Shown: one piece after another, positions 39,258 through 50,380 of the stretch
Position numbering within the stretch: position 1 is the stretch's first letter
Layout of the letters: every line of letters begins with the position of its first letter
NCBI GenBank assembly: GCA_963842085.1
Contig: CAWJET010000001.1
Location: 64,001-128,000 of the forward strand
From: an uncultured delta proteobacterium
Lineage (GTDB): Bacteria; Desulfobacterota; Binatia; Binatales; Binataceae
Reading direction: 5' to 3'
Length of the DNA stretch: 64,000 nucleotides
The notes under the pieces: model-generated
What the model was told of the DNA's origin: nothing
Databases searched by the model: none
Seen by the model: only the letters and a program-made list of their open reading frames with translations
Made by a program: the position numbers and the translations under genes

Positions 39258-40328
39258 ATGGATTTCGGAACACTGATCTTCACCAAGCCGGAGCGCGCGA
39301 TCACCGACGTCAAGTACGCGGAAGAGCGCGGCTTCAGTCACGCGTGGATTCCCGACTCGCACATGATTTGGGGCGACGCTTACGCCTGCATGGCGTTGGC
39401 GGCGGTAAATACGAAGAAGATCAAACTCGGCACGGGCGTGGCGATAGCGTCGAACCGGATCGCGCCGGTGACGGTGCATTCGATCGCAACGATCAACCAG
39501 CTCGCGCCGGGCCGCGTGATCCTGGGCTTCGGCACCGGGCATACGGGGCGACGCGTGATGGGATTGCCGCCGGTCAAGCAGGCGGAGTTCCGCGAGCAGG
39601 TGCGCGTGATTCGCGATCTGCTCCGCGACGGCGAAGCGATTTACAACACCGAAGGTCTCAGCCGGAAAATCAGGTACCTGCATCGCGATCGGCGCTTCAT
39701 CAACCTCGACGACCGGATTCCGCTGTACGTGGCGGCCAATGGTCCCAAGACGCTCGCATTGGCAGGCGAGTTTGGCGACGGCGCGATCACGACGGGAATC
39801 ACGGACGCCGATCGAGTCGGCGCGGTGCGGAAAAGTATCGAGGCGGGCGCGTCGAAGGTGGGTCGTCGCGCGGACAAGATGCCGCTCGTGTCGCTGACGC
39901 ACATTTGCGTGCTGAGGCCGGGCGAGAAACTCGATTCGGCGCGCGTGAAGGCAATGACCGGGCACTGGGTGATGGCGAGTTTCCATGCGATCGCGGCGGG
40001 ATACGCGCGCGCGGGCTACCTGCCGGAGGCGGTCGCGCCGGTGTACCAGGCGTACGAGGAGTACGTCGCGCGGATGAAGACGCCGCCGGCCGAGCGCTAT
40101 CTCGAATTGCACGTCGGGCATTGCACGTATGTCGCGCCGCTCGAGCAGAAGTACGTGACGCCCGAAACGATCGCCGCCACTACGATAGTCGGAACCAGGG
40201 AGGAAGTCGTCGAGCGGCTGCGATCGATGGAGCGCGCGGGTCTGTCGCAGGTGTTCATCAATCCGCCGATGGACGGCTACGATGACTGCATCGACGAAAT
40301 TTCCCGTGACGTGATCGCGCGGATGTGA
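39258..40328 (+). CDS. LLM-class (possibly F420-dependent) oxidoreductase
   Basis: WIPDSH, LAPGRVILGFGTG, AANGPKTL..AGE. Confidence 0.9.
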   Translation: MDFGTLIFTKPERAITDVKYAEERGFSHAWIPDSHMIWGDAYACMALAAVNTKKIKLGTGVAIASNRIAPVTVHSIATINQLAPGRVILGFGTGHTGRRVMGLPPVKQAEFREQVRVIRDLLRDGEAIYNTEGLSRKIRYLHRDRRFINLDDRIPLYVAANGPKTLALAGEFGDGAITTGITDADRVGAVRKSIEAGASKVGRRADKMPLVSLTHICVLRPGEKLDSARVKAMTGHWVMASFHAIAAGYARAGYLPEAVAPVYQAYEEYVARMKTPPAERYLELHVGHCTYVAPLEQKYVTPETIAATTIVGTREEVVERLRSMERAGLSQVFINPPMDGYDDCIDEISRDVIARM

Positions 40329-40333
40329 TTGAG

Positions 40334-41857
40334 CTAACTGGGTGCTACTTCGGACAGCTCGATCGAGTCCGCGGCTATAGCGGGGACGTAGTAGGCCTCG
40401 GGCGAGCCCCACACCGTTGCCGGACGCGGGCGCGCTCCGACCGCGAGCGGATGCTCGAAGACCTCCGCGATGTTCGCGTTGATGCGCAAACAGTTGGGGG
40501 CGAGCGGCACTGCGATTTTGCCGTTGCGGACGAGGTAGGAGTCGCCGGTGACGGTGCAGGTGAAATCCCCCGCGCGCTGGCCGTTGATTGGATAGGTGTA
40601 CCAGATGCGCCCGACGTAGATTCCGTCGCCGACGGCGCGCACCAGTTCGGGCTCGGTGACTCCGCCGCGCGCGCGCATAACGACGTTGGTGCCCGCCGAG
40701 CCCGGACTCGCGTCGAAGCGCCGGCCTCCGCCTTCGCCGAGGCGGTAACCGCTCAGCGGAGGGAAGTCAAGCTTGGCGGGAGCGCTAGCGCCGAGCTTCT
40801 CAGCGCGATGCTCGTCGGTGAGCAGGCGGTGGGTATCGTAGAAATTCGAGAGCAGGCCTACGAGCTTGCCGTCGCGGATCAATTCAACGCGGCGCGTCGG
40901 GATTCCTTCGCAGCTGATTCGACGGCGAAGCGCGCCCGCCGCAAAGGCCGGATCGTCGACGAGGCTCAAGCGTGAATCCATCACGGGCGCGCCGAATTTT
41001 GCATGATAGGCGGAACTGGCGGCGTGAAACGCGCCGGCGGTGAGCGAGCCCATCACCATGTAGTTGAGAATCTCGGCAACCGGCTGCGGTCCCAGCACGA
41101 CGCGAAATTTTCCCGACGCGGACCGGGCGCCGTGGGACAGCGCGAGCGCGCGACGAACGGCGTCGCGGCCGATGACGCGAGCGTCGCGGCGCATCGCGGC
41201 AGCGGAATCGCCGAGCGCGCTGGCAGTACCCTTGGCGTCGAGCGATTCGATTATCGACGTGACGGAAGCGTTGAAATGCGCGCTCTCGTCGGTGCGGACT
41301 TCAGCGAAATTCGAATTCAAGACCGCGATTCGATCGCGAATTACCGACACGTCGCCGCCGATGATCAGACCCGGGTGTTCAGTTCGAGAGGCGCCTGAAC
41401 GTTTGCCGAAGGCAGCGAGTGCGCCGTCGAGCACGTCCCACGCGGCGGCAGCGATCGCGCCGTCCCCTACTCTCGCCAGATCGCCGTTTCCAGACGGCGC
41501 AGGGTTGCGATCGAGCGGGACGGCCGGGAAGCCGGGGAAATGCGGATCGACGACGGCGGCGCTGCGAGCGCGGCTGAGCGCCGCGCGTACGGAGCCGGCG
41601 GTGAAATCGCCTGCTTCGGATGCGGCACCGACTTCGTGCGGGTCGCGACACATCGCGATGCGCAACTGGAATCCGTCGGCGTGCAGCGACTTGAATTCCT
41701 CGAGGCCGCGGCTCGGAATGTCAGAAGTATAGTTGAGGCGGGCGATTCGGTGCTCCACCGTGGCGCAGTAAATTTCGTAGCTCGCGAGGTCCTTCTCGTG
41801 CGCGAGAATGCGCGCCGCTTCGCGCGTGAAAGACTTGAGGTCGGCGAGCGGGCGCAT
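40334..41857 (-). CDS. TldE/PmbA family protein
   Basis: DDP..CEGIP..LIRDGKL; GDFTCTV..NGKI; follows tldD. Confidence 0.85.
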   Translation of the reverse strand: MRPLADLKSFTREAARILAHEKDLASYEIYCATVEHRIARLNYTSDIPSRGLEEFKSLHADGFQLRIAMCRDPHEVGAASEAGDFTAGSVRAALSRARSAAVVDPHFPGFPAVPLDRNPAPSGNGDLARVGDGAIAAAAWDVLDGALAAFGKRSGASRTEHPGLIIGGDVSVIRDRIAVLNSNFAEVRTDESAHFNASVTSIIESLDAKGTASALGDSAAAMRRDARVIGRDAVRRALALSHGARSASGKFRVVLGPQPVAEILNYMVMGSLTAGAFHAASSAYHAKFGAPVMDSRLSLVDDPAFAAGALRRRISCEGIPTRRVELIRDGKLVGLLSNFYDTHRLLTDEHRAEKLGASAPAKLDFPPLSGYRLGEGGGRRFDASPGSAGTNVVMRARGGVTEPELVRAVGDGIYVGRIWYTYPINGQRAGDFTCTVTGDSYLVRNGKIAVPLAPNCLRINANIAEVFEHPLAVGARPRPATVWGSPEAYYVPAIAADSIELSEVAPS

Positions 41858-43437
41858 CAGGTGCCCGCCAGTCGCGCGCGCGAGCGCAGCGTCGGCCCGC
41901 CGTTGGACATCCGCTTGACCTGCATCGGCTGACCCTTGCCGCAGTTGGGGATCGCGATGAGACGCAGATCGTTGCCGACCGCATCCACGTTGGTGAAGAA
42001 GCTCTTCGAGTCGGCGATCACGCTGCCGGAGCGATAGAGGCGCCCGATTCGTCCGTGCTCGATCTCGTAAACGCGGCGAGCGGAGATGCGGAAATTTTCG
42101 CGCGACTCGGAGATCGAGGGAATCTGATGGCCGCAAACGTAGTAGCCGTGCTCGACATCGGCGATGATTTTTTCGGGCGGCGTTTCGCCGGGGAGGAAGA
42201 ACGTATTGGACATTCTGATCAGCGGCGCGTGCCATCCCTCGCTCGCGCGTGCCGAGCCGTTTGGCTCCGCGCCGAGCACCGCGGCGGTCGCGCGCGAATT
42301 GAGGAAGCCGCTGAAGACGCCGCGCTCGATGTGCATCACGCGGCGCCCGCGCGTGCCTTCGTGGTCGTAGCGGTAGTGGCCGTAGCCGTCGAGGCTCGGA
42401 TCGGAGCAGGCTGAGAGCAGCGGCGACGCGACCACCTTGCCCAACTGGTTGTCCGCGAGCGAGCGCAGGAACCAACTGCGTCCGGCATATGCGGCTTCCA
42501 TCTTGAGCGCGCGATCGGCTTCGCATGGATGGCCGATCACCTCGTGCGAAACGAGCGCATTAAAATGCGGGTCGGTCACGACCGCGACCTCGCCGTCGGG
42601 CGGCTCGAGGACAGGAGCCGCGGCAAGCTCGCGCGCCTCGGTGGCAAGGTTGACGCAAAATTTCGGGAGAGAGGGATTCGGCATCAGCTCGCCGCGCCAT
42701 CCGTCACTCAGGCACTCGAGCCCGCGCTGCTGGCCGATGGAGTCGTAGCTTTCCTGGTGGCCGTCGCCGATTTGCGCGACGACGTAACAGTCGCCCTGCG
42801 AGAACGCGAATGCCTGTGACACCACGGTGCCGGCGGTGTCGATGAAAATTTCGCGGCGCAACTCGGTCATCGCAGCAACGACCTGGTAGGCGATCGCATC
42901 GCCAAGTGCGGCGACCTCGCGCGAGGCGTCGAGCGAAATTTTCTTGAGCTCATCGGTCGAGAGCGCGCGTGGATCGCGACTGAAACTCGCGTCAACGTCG
43001 TCTCGGATTTTTTCGCGCGACGGAATCTGTGCGACGAGCAGACCTTTCGCTAAGTCGCCGAGGTGCGCGATGAGTTCGGATTTTTTGCGGGCGCTGAAAC
43101 GTGCCCGATCGTACGCCTCACTGAGCCCGCGCCGGAGCTCGGCGACGAGCTTCGCCGGCCGGCTCGCAAGCGTGCCAATTTCCGCGCCCGTTTGACCGTG
43201 ACCGACAGGACCCGCCCGGTCGGCGACATGAACGGAGACAAAATACGCTGCATTCTCGCTCTCAGAGCCGTCACGAGGCTCACCATTCACGGCCGCGCCG
43301 GAACGGTTGAAGACGACCTCGAAGCGGAGATCAGCGTACGCGACGCCGGGCTTCGAGCGGGCGAAGCGTGCGAGGATGCCCTCGCCCTCGCGCCGCAGGT
43401 ATTCGATCGCTTCGAACAGGTCGCCGTGCTCGATCAA
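41857..43437 (-). CDS. tldD: TldD family metalloprotease
   Basis: SHEVIGHPCEAD, RMSNTFF, CGKGQPMQ; TTG start inferred. Confidence 0.88.
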   Translation of the reverse strand: MIEHGDLFEAIEYLRREGEGILARFARSKPGVAYADLRFEVVFNRSGAAVNGEPRDGSESENAAYFVSVHVADRAGPVGHGQTGAEIGTLASRPAKLVAELRRGLSEAYDRARFSARKKSELIAHLGDLAKGLLVAQIPSREKIRDDVDASFSRDPRALSTDELKKISLDASREVAALGDAIAYQVVAAMTELRREIFIDTAGTVVSQAFAFSQGDCYVVAQIGDGHQESYDSIGQQRGLECLSDGWRGELMPNPSLPKFCVNLATEARELAAAPVLEPPDGEVAVVTDPHFNALVSHEVIGHPCEADRALKMEAAYAGRSWFLRSLADNQLGKVVASPLLSACSDPSLDGYGHYRYDHEGTRGRRVMHIERGVFSGFLNSRATAAVLGAEPNGSARASEGWHAPLIRMSNTFFLPGETPPEKIIADVEHGYYVCGHQIPSISESRENFRISARRVYEIEHGRIGRLYRSGSVIADSKSFFTNVDAVGNDLRLIAIPNCGKGQPMQVKRMSNGGPTLRSRARLAGT

Positions 43438-43448
43438 GAGGCCCGCAT

Positions 43449-44645
43449 CTAGATGATGCCTTCGCGCTTGAGGTCTTCGAGCTGGCCGCTGCCCAGTCCG
43501 AGCAGCTCGCCGTAAACGTCGGCGTTGTGCTGGCCGAGCAGCGGCGCGGCTGTCACTTCGACGGGCGAATCTTCGAGGCGTACCGGGCATCCCGGCATCG
43601 TGAAATCGCCGCGCACGGGATGCTTGATCGTGACGATCATGCCGCGCTCTTTGAGATGCGGGTCGTTCAGCAACTCGACGCTGTCGAGTACGGCGCCGCA
43701 TGGTACGCCGGCCTCGCCGAGGATGCGCATCACCTCGAACTTGGTGTGACGGCCGGTCCATTCGTTGATCATCTCGGTCAGCGAGTCGACGTTTTTAGCG
43801 CGGTTTCGTCCCGCGAAACGCTCGTCGCTTGCGACTTCGGGGCGGCCGATCACCTTCCACAGGCTCTCGAACATTTCGGGCGAAGTGCACAGGATGTAGC
43901 AATAATCGTTGTCGCCGCCGGGTGCGCATTTGTAGATGTCGCCGGGACCGCCGCCGCCGACACGGTTGCCGGTGCGCGGCGTGGGTTTGTGCGTGACGTA
44001 CGTGCCCATCATCGGGACGCGCACAAAGTTCAGCACCGCCTCCTGCATCGCGACTTCGACTTTCTGTCCCTTGCCGGTGCGTTCGCGCTGGATATAAGCG
44101 GCGAGCACGCCGACCGCCGCATGCATGCCGGTGCCGGTGTCGCCGATGGTGGGTCCGGGCTTCAGCGGCGGCGAACCGGGAAAGCCGGTCAGCGCCATCG
44201 CGCCGCCAGACGCCTGTGCAATCATATCGAAGCTCTTGTACTTGCTGTACGGTCCGTACGTGCCGAAGCCCTTGATGGTCAGGTAGATGAGCCGCGGATT
44301 TATTTCGCGCAGCCGCTCGTAACCGAGGCCGAGACCTTCGAGCGTGCCGAGCGAGAAATTTTCGGTGAGGATGTCGACGCGCTTGACCAGGTCGAGGAAA
44401 ATCGCGCGGCCCTTCTCGCTCTTGAGGTTGAGCGTGATGCCGCGCTTGTTGGCGTTGAGCAAAATGAAGTAGTAGGAATCGACGCCCTGTTTTTCGGTGA
44501 GCAGCCAGCGGCCCTGCTCGCCCATCTTCGGCGACTCGACCTTGATGACGTCGGCGCCGAGCCACGCCAGCATCTCGGTGCACGAGGTGCCGGCCTCGAA
44601 TTGCGTCATGTCCAGAACTTTGATCCCGCTCAGCGCCTTCTCCAT
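43449..44645 (-). CDS. CoA transferase family III (CaiB/BaiF, Frc-like)
   Basis: VLDMTQFEAG, LGADVIKVE, NANKRGITLNLK. Confidence 0.93.
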   Translation of the reverse strand: MEKALSGIKVLDMTQFEAGTSCTEMLAWLGADVIKVESPKMGEQGRWLLTEKQGVDSYYFILLNANKRGITLNLKSEKGRAIFLDLVKRVDILTENFSLGTLEGLGLGYERLREINPRLIYLTIKGFGTYGPYSKYKSFDMIAQASGGAMALTGFPGSPPLKPGPTIGDTGTGMHAAVGVLAAYIQRERTGKGQKVEVAMQEAVLNFVRVPMMGTYVTHKPTPRTGNRVGGGGPGDIYKCAPGGDNDYCYILCTSPEMFESLWKVIGRPEVASDERFAGRNRAKNVDSLTEMINEWTGRHTKFEVMRILGEAGVPCGAVLDSVELLNDPHLKERGMIVTIKHPVRGDFTMPGCPVRLEDSPVEVTAAPLLGQHNADVYGELLGLGSGQLEDLKREGII

Positions 44646-44807
44646 TGCCGCCCTCCTGCCGCGCGCGACGACGAGGATCGCCCGAGCGCGCGCTGTCACT
44701 TGATCTAGCGCCAGCGGCGGCGCGGCGGCAAGGTGCGTGGGGTTAAGTCTTCGGCTCCGGTCTGGTAGAAATCATGATGAGCCGGACGATGGATCGGCTC
44801 GCATGCA

Positions 44808-45941
44808 ATGGCGGACACGGCAATATCCAAGCTCGCACGAATCCGCGAGGAACTGAACCGGGTGTTCCTCGAGCGAGCCGATTTGATCGACGGTGCAATC
44901 GTGGCGATGCTGTCGGCGAATCACGTGCTGATTATCGGTCCGCCGGGAACGGCGAAGTCGATGCTGGCCGACGAACTGTGCCGGCGAATCGAAGGCGCGA
45001 ACTATTTTCAGTGGCTACTGACGAAGTTCAGCACGCCGGAGGAAATTTTCGGCGCTGTCAGCCTGAAGGGACTGGAGGAAGACGATTACCGGCGCGTCAC
45101 CGCGCACAAGCTGCCCGAGGCGCACATCGCATTCCTGGACGAAATATTCAAGGCCAACTCGTCGATCCTCAACGCGCTGTTGACGATCATCAACGAGCGT
45201 ATTTTCCATAACGGACGCGAGCGCGTCGCCGTGCCGCTGATCACGATGTTCGGCGCGTCCAACGAACTGCCCGACGAGGACGAGCTGACCGCGCTCTACG
45301 ATCGCTTCATGCTGCGCTTCATGGCCGATTACATCACCGAGGAACACGGTTTCATCCGCATGATGGCGGGCGGTCCGGAGCGCACACGCACGACGCTGAA
45401 ATTTGCGGAGCTCGACGAGCTGCGCGCCGCGGCGGCGTTGGTCACGGTGCCGGGCGCGATCCTCGAGGCAGTCGCGCAAATCAGGCGCGAACTAGCGCGC
45501 GAGCAAATCGTCGTATCGGATCGGCGATGGAAAAACTCGCTCGGCATTTTGCGCGCGCACGCGCTCGTGGCGGGACGTTCCGCGGTGGCCGAAGAGGATC
45601 TGATGTTCCTCGCGCACGTCCTGTGGAAAGACCCCGAAGAGCGGCCCAAGGTGGTCGAGGCGCTGCGCCGAATCGTCCGGGGATACGAGGACAAGCTGCA
45701 GGAGCTGGTGTTTGAGAGCCGCGAGCTGCGCGAATACGCCGAGGGCGCGTGGGAGAGCGAGGAGCTGCGGCGGCGAGCTCTGACCGAGGCGAATGCGAAG
45801 CTCGCAAATATCGCGGCGCGCTTCGACGTGCTGCTGAAAGAAGCGTCGGACTCGGGCCGGGCGGTCGCCAACGCGGAGCGGATGCGCGTCGAGGTCAAGG
45901 ATATTCAGCAGGCCGTGTTCCGCAGAAGCGTCGGCGATTAG
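44808..45941 (+). CDS. RavA/MoxR-like AAA+ ATPase
   Basis: GPPGTAKS, FSTPEEIFG, DEIFKANSSILNALL. Confidence 0.9.
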   Translation: MADTAISKLARIREELNRVFLERADLIDGAIVAMLSANHVLIIGPPGTAKSMLADELCRRIEGANYFQWLLTKFSTPEEIFGAVSLKGLEEDDYRRVTAHKLPEAHIAFLDEIFKANSSILNALLTIINERIFHNGRERVAVPLITMFGASNELPDEDELTALYDRFMLRFMADYITEEHGFIRMMAGGPERTRTTLKFAELDELRAAAALVTVPGAILEAVAQIRRELAREQIVVSDRRWKNSLGILRAHALVAGRSAVAEEDLMFLAHVLWKDPEERPKVVEALRRIVRGYEDKLQELVFESRELREYAEGAWESEELRRRALTEANAKLANIAARFDVLLKEASDSGRAVANAERMRVEVKDIQQAVFRRSVGD

Positions 45942-45947
45942 AAATTC

Positions 45948-46721
45948 ATGCCCCTCGAAGAATCAACACCAGCGATCGTGCTTCGCGCGCGCGACTACGC
46001 CGAGTCGGATCGAATCGTCACGCTGCTGACGCTCAACGCCGGCAAGCTCAGCGGAATCGCGAAGGGCGCCAAGGCGTCGCGGCATCGCTTCGAGCGCAAG
46101 CTCGAACCATTCTCGCACGTCGTGTTGCACTACCGCCGGCGGCCGCACGGGCAGTTGGTGTTTATCACGCGCGCCGAAGCAGCCGACCTGACCCAGCACG
46201 TGCTCGACGACGACCTCGCCAAGATCGCGCTCGGCAGCTACATGCTCGAACTCACCGACGCGCTGACGACCGAGGAGAGCGAGGCCGCGGATGCATACCG
46301 CGTGCTGTCGGAGGGACTCGGCGCGCTCAGCACGCGGTTCGCGGACGCGGCGATTCGGCAGGCTTTCGAGATGCGGCTGCTGGGATGGGCCGGTTTCGGA
46401 CTCGAGTTCACGCGCTGCCGCATCTGCGCGAGCCCCAACGGCGACAACGGCGCGACGGTCTATTTCGTAGTGTCGAGCGGAGGGATCGTGTGCGCGAAAT
46501 GCCGGCCGTCAGTAGCGGAGGGCGCAATCAAGTTGTCGAGCAGGGGCGCCGCTAGACTCGCGCGACTGGGCAGGCTGCCGATGGACGATTCGCCCGGCTC
46601 GGAAGCCGCAGGGCCGGACGGCGCACTTGCGCTGGCGCGGTTCATCAGTTCGATCGTCGATCGGCGGCTGCGCAGCCAGGAATTTCTCGATTCAGTTTTG
46701 CCGCGCGCGGGAAAAGAGTGA
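45948..46721 (+). CDS. recO: DNA repair protein RecO
   Basis: IVLRARDYAESDRIVTLLT..GK..AKGA; CxxC...CxxC. Confidence 0.93.
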   Translation: MPLEESTPAIVLRARDYAESDRIVTLLTLNAGKLSGIAKGAKASRHRFERKLEPFSHVVLHYRRRPHGQLVFITRAEAADLTQHVLDDDLAKIALGSYMLELTDALTTEESEAADAYRVLSEGLGALSTRFADAAIRQAFEMRLLGWAGFGLEFTRCRICASPNGDNGATVYFVVSSGGIVCAKCRPSVAEGAIKLSSRGAARLARLGRLPMDDSPGSEAAGPDGALALARFISSIVDRRLRSQEFLDSVLPRAGKE

Positions 46722-46733
46722 AAGACTGAACAA

Positions 46734-47336
46734 TTATCCGCCGGATTCGCGCGCCGGAGTTTCTCCGTACACGACCTCGGGCTCGCGGTAGCGGCCATTT
46801 CGATGCTCGATCAAAACGATGCCGCAGTTCGGCGGCACGTGAGCATTTTCCCATTTGCCAGTTACGTGAGCCCATACCGCTCGCATTACACCGCCGTGAC
46901 TGACGATCACGATCTCGTCGTCGGAATATTTTCCGGCTACGCGATCGAGAACCGGTGCGACACGCCTGAGCACGTCTTCATGACTCTCGCCGCCCGGTGC
47001 GCGCCACGCCCACGAGCGCTTCGGATCGAAGGTGGGATCGTTGGCGAGCGACTCGTACGGCTGCCCGGCGAGGTTGCCGAGACTCATCTCGCGGAACTCC
47101 GCCTCGTATTCGATCGGGATGGCCAGTTCGGCGGCGATGATGAGCCCGGTTTCGCGGGCCCGCGCGAAGGTGCTCGCAATCACCAACCTCGGCTGGAACT
47201 TCAGCTTGATTCTCTGCGCGGCCTCGCGCGCCTGGCGGCGGCCAAGCTCCGTGATTTTCGCTTCGCCCGACGTGGTGAAGCGTCGAATCGCGTTGCCTTC
47301 GCTCTCGCCATGACGAACCATTATCAGCTTGCCCAT
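46734..47336 (-). CDS. Histidine phosphatase family protein
   Basis: RHGES, PGGES, SHGG. Confidence 0.92.
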   Translation of the reverse strand: MGKLIMVRHGESEGNAIRRFTTSGEAKITELGRRQAREAAQRIKLKFQPRLVIASTFARARETGLIIAAELAIPIEYEAEFREMSLGNLAGQPYESLANDPTFDPKRSWAWRAPGGESHEDVLRRVAPVLDRVAGKYSDDEIVIVSHGGVMRAVWAHVTGKWENAHVPPNCGIVLIEHRNGRYREPEVVYGETPARESGG

Positions 47337-47392
47337 TGGGTAAAAATTTTCTCCGAAAATTCAGTTTGGCGCTAACGAAACGATGCGGCTCT

Positions 47393-48172
47393 TCAGGTCT
47401 TGGGCTTGTCGTCGCCGCCACCGGCAGCCTTTGCAAACGCGCGGAACGGTTCGAACAGATCGATCGGAAGCGGAAAGACGGTCGTGGAATTGTTCTCGGT
47501 CGCGATCTCCTTGAGCGTCTGCAGGTAGCGAAGCTGAAGGGTGATCGGACTTTTGCTCATAACCTCCGCCGCATCCGCGAGCCGCTGCGAAGCCTGGAAT
47601 TCGCCCTCGGCCGCGATTACCTTGGCGCGCCGCTCGCGCTCGGCTTCGGCCTGCGCCGCGATTGCGCGCTGCATGTCCTGCGGCAGATCGATATTTTTCA
47701 ACTCGACGAGCGTGACCTTCACACCCCACGGCTCGGTTTGCGAATCGACGATCTCCTGGATGCGCGCGTTGAGCTTGTCGCGCTGGCTGAGCAGCTCGTC
47801 CAGCTCGGTCTGACCGCCCACGGAGCGCAGCGTGGTCTGCGCGAGTTGCATCGTGGCGAACAGGTAGTTTGCGACCTCGGTGACCGCGCGCGACGGATCG
47901 ACGACACGAAAATACAGCACGGCGCTGACCTTGACCGTCACGTTGTCCTTGGTGATGACATCCTGCGGCGGGATGTCGAGCGTCACCGTCCGCAGATCGA
48001 TTCGCGCCATCCGCTCGAGCACGGGAATCACGAAAATCACGCCCGGCCCTCGATACGGGGTGAGGCGGCCGAGTCGAAAGACCACGCCGCGCTCGTACTC
48101 GTTGAGGACCTTGAGCCCGCTCAAAACGAAAAGTGCGCCGATGAAGACGACTATGCCGACTCCAGTGGCCAT
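47393..48172 (-). CDS. SPFH/stomatin-like (slipin) protein
   Basis: [25 protein letters not shown]. Confidence 0.95.
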   Translation of the reverse strand: MATGVGIVVFIGALFVLSGLKVLNEYERGVVFRLGRLTPYRGPGVIFVIPVLERMARIDLRTVTLDIPPQDVITKDNVTVKVSAVLYFRVVDPSRAVTEVANYLFATMQLAQTTLRSVGGQTELDELLSQRDKLNARIQEIVDSQTEPWGVKVTLVELKNIDLPQDMQRAIAAQAEAERERRAKVIAAEGEFQASQRLADAAEVMSKSPITLQLRYLQTLKEIATENNSTTVFPLPIDLFEPFRAFAKAAGGGDDKPKT

Positions 48173-48253
48173 CGCGATTCTCCTTCGCCTCCAAGCGCGC
48201 GAGGCTTGCCGATACCCTACGCTATCTTGCGAACCCTGCGAAATCTTCCAGGC

Positions 48254-49651
48254 TCACGGCATCTTCTGCACTTGCAATTCCAAACCGTTAATCGACTTGA
48301 CGCGAGCGCGTGCGCCCGGGCTGAGCGCGTCGCTGCTGATGGCACGCCAAATCTCGCCATGCACAAACACTTTGCCGGGCGCGCCGGGAGCGATCGCCTC
48401 GCGCACTTCGCCGACCTCGCCGACGATGCCTTCGGCGCCGATAGTCGAGCGCCGTCGGCGCTCGCGCGTCACGATGTATCCGATGCCGAGGATGATCAGC
48501 GTCAGCGCGGCGGCAGCACCATATATGATGTCGCGGTTCACCACCAGGTCAGTCTTCGAAGTGTCGATTAAAAACAGCGAGCCGATGACGAACGCGGTGA
48601 CGCCGCCCAAGCCGAGGATTCCGTAGCTGGTAACGAAGGCCTCGGAGATCAGCAATCCAACCCCGAGAAAAATCAGCAGCAAGCCGGTGAGATTCACCGG
48701 CAACACCTGGAACGACGCGAGCGCGAGCAGCAGGCAAATCGCGCCGGCGACGCCGGGAAAGATCACGCCCGGATGCGCGAACTCGAAGTACAGCCCGATC
48801 AATCCCGCCATCAGCAACAGATAGACGATGTTAGGATCGGCCAGGACGTTGAGCAGTTGCTGCCCGGTCGTCATCCGCACGCGGCGCACGGTGGCGTCCG
48901 CCAGCGCGAGCGTGATGGTGCGGCCCTCGACCCGCACCTTGCGGCCGGTGGCTTGGGTCAGGAGGCTGCGGAGGTCCGGTGCGACGATATCGATCACGTT
49001 CTTCGCCAGCGCCTCGCGCTCGCCGATCGCGATACTGTGGCGGACGGCCTGCTCCATCCAGTCCTGGTTGCGCCCCCGCTGCTCGGCGATCGTGCGCGCA
49101 AAGGTCGCGGTGAAATTCTCGATCTTCTGACCCATCGCGCCCGTGATGTTCTCGCCGCCCTCTTCGACCGGATGAGCGGCGCCGATCGTTGTTCCCGGAG
49201 CCATCGCGGCCACGTTCGCGGCTTCGGTTATGAAGGTACCGGCTGATGCTGCGCTGGCGCCCGACGGCGCGACGTAAACGATTACCGGCACGGGCGCAGC
49301 CAGGATGGCTTTGACGATCTTTTCCGCTGAGTTGAGCAGCCCCCCCGGCGTGTCGAGCTCGATCACGAGCGCGCTCGCGCCTTCGGCATTTGCGGACGCA
49401 AGCGAATCCTCGATGTAGGAGGCGACGGCGGGATTGATCGAGCCGTCAATCGTGATCAGCTCAACCCACGGCGGACGCGCCGCCAATTTCGCGGGCGCGT
49501 CGGCGGCAACGGCTCGTCGCGAGGCGGACGATCCGATCGCGATCGCCAACGCGGCGACGACGACCAGCCTTGCGCGAATGCTCACGCGGAACCGCCGCGG
49601 CGCGGAATCGGCATCCCCAGAAATCTCATCACTTCCTGGATATCCGCCCAC
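48254..49651 (-). CDS. nfeD: NfeD long-form membrane serine protease
   Basis: DTPGG, AASAG, GAAHPV, VHGEIW; start uncertain. Confidence 0.92.
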   Translation of the reverse strand: MGGYPGSDEISGDADSAPRRFRVSIRARLVVVAALAIAIGSSASRRAVAADAPAKLAARPPWVELITIDGSINPAVASYIEDSLASANAEGASALVIELDTPGGLLNSAEKIVKAILAAPVPVIVYVAPSGASAASAGTFITEAANVAAMAPGTTIGAAHPVEEGGENITGAMGQKIENFTATFARTIAEQRGRNQDWMEQAVRHSIAIGEREALAKNVIDIVAPDLRSLLTQATGRKVRVEGRTITLALADATVRRVRMTTGQQLLNVLADPNIVYLLLMAGLIGLYFEFAHPGVIFPGVAGAICLLLALASFQVLPVNLTGLLLIFLGVGLLISEAFVTSYGILGLGGVTAFVIGSLFLIDTSKTDLVVNRDIIYGAAAALTLIILGIGYIVTRERRRRSTIGAEGIVGEVGEVREAIAPGAPGKVFVHGEIWRAISSDALSPGARARVKSINGLELQVQKMP

Positions 49652-50373
49652 ACCAGCCGTTTGTCGCTCGGGTTACGCAGCAGGTACGCGGGATGAAACG
49701 TGGGCATGAATCGGATGCCACGAAAATCCTGCCAGTTGCCGCGCAGCTTGCTGATGGGAATCTTCACCTTGAGCACCGCCTGCACGGCGAAGGTGCCAAG
49801 CCCAACGATCGCGCGCGGGCGCACGACCTCAATCTGGCGAAACAGAAATGGCTCGCACGCGGCGACTTCGTCGGGTTCGGGATTTCGATTGTCGGGCGGG
49901 CGGCACTTGATCACGTTGCAAATGTACACGTCGGCGCGGCGGAGACCCATGCCGCGCTCGATGATGTCGGTCAGCAACTGGCCGGCGCGCCCGACAAACG
50001 GCTCGCCGCGCGCGTCCTCGTCGGCGCCGGGCGCCTCGCCAACGAACATCAACTGCGCGTTGGGATCGCCGACCCCGAAAACGAGATGGGTACGGCGCGG
50101 CGCGAGTTTGCATCGCTGACAATCACCGATGAACGCGCGCAATTCATCGAGCGTCGAAGATTTTTCGAGCCCGGGATATTTCGAGAACAGTTCTGTCGAT
50201 ACAGGTACAGCTTCAGCCTTGGTCGCAGTAGGCATAAGCGATGGCGGCATTGCGCGCGTCGCGGAAGTAACAGGTGCAGGCAGTCCTTCCATCCCCTCCT
50301 CGCGCAACTGCTCGACGTAGTCGCGAATCGATGCAACCAGCGTGCGGCGATCCGGCGGCGATGACGCGTCCAT
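49582..50373 (-). CDS. Uracil-DNA glycosylase family 4
   Basis: [30 protein letters not shown]. Confidence 0.95.
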   Translation of the reverse strand: MDASSPPDRRTLVASIRDYVEQLREEGMEGLPAPVTSATRAMPPSLMPTATKAEAVPVSTELFSKYPGLEKSSTLDELRAFIGDCQRCKLAPRRTHLVFGVGDPNAQLMFVGEAPGADEDARGEPFVGRAGQLLTDIIERGMGLRRADVYICNVIKCRPPDNRNPEPDEVAACEPFLFRQIEVVRPRAIVGLGTFAVQAVLKVKIPISKLRGNWQDFRGIRFMPTFHPAYLLRNPSDKRLVWADIQEVMRFLGMPIPRRGGSA

Positions 50374-50380
50374 GCGGGGA

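Noticed and set aside
40334-43761. Long N-terminal extensions of pmbA, tldD (also phoU, pstA, pstB, gatB) in the ORF track
   Set aside because: Extensions overlap upstream genes out of frame; starts were trimmed to coupled start codons
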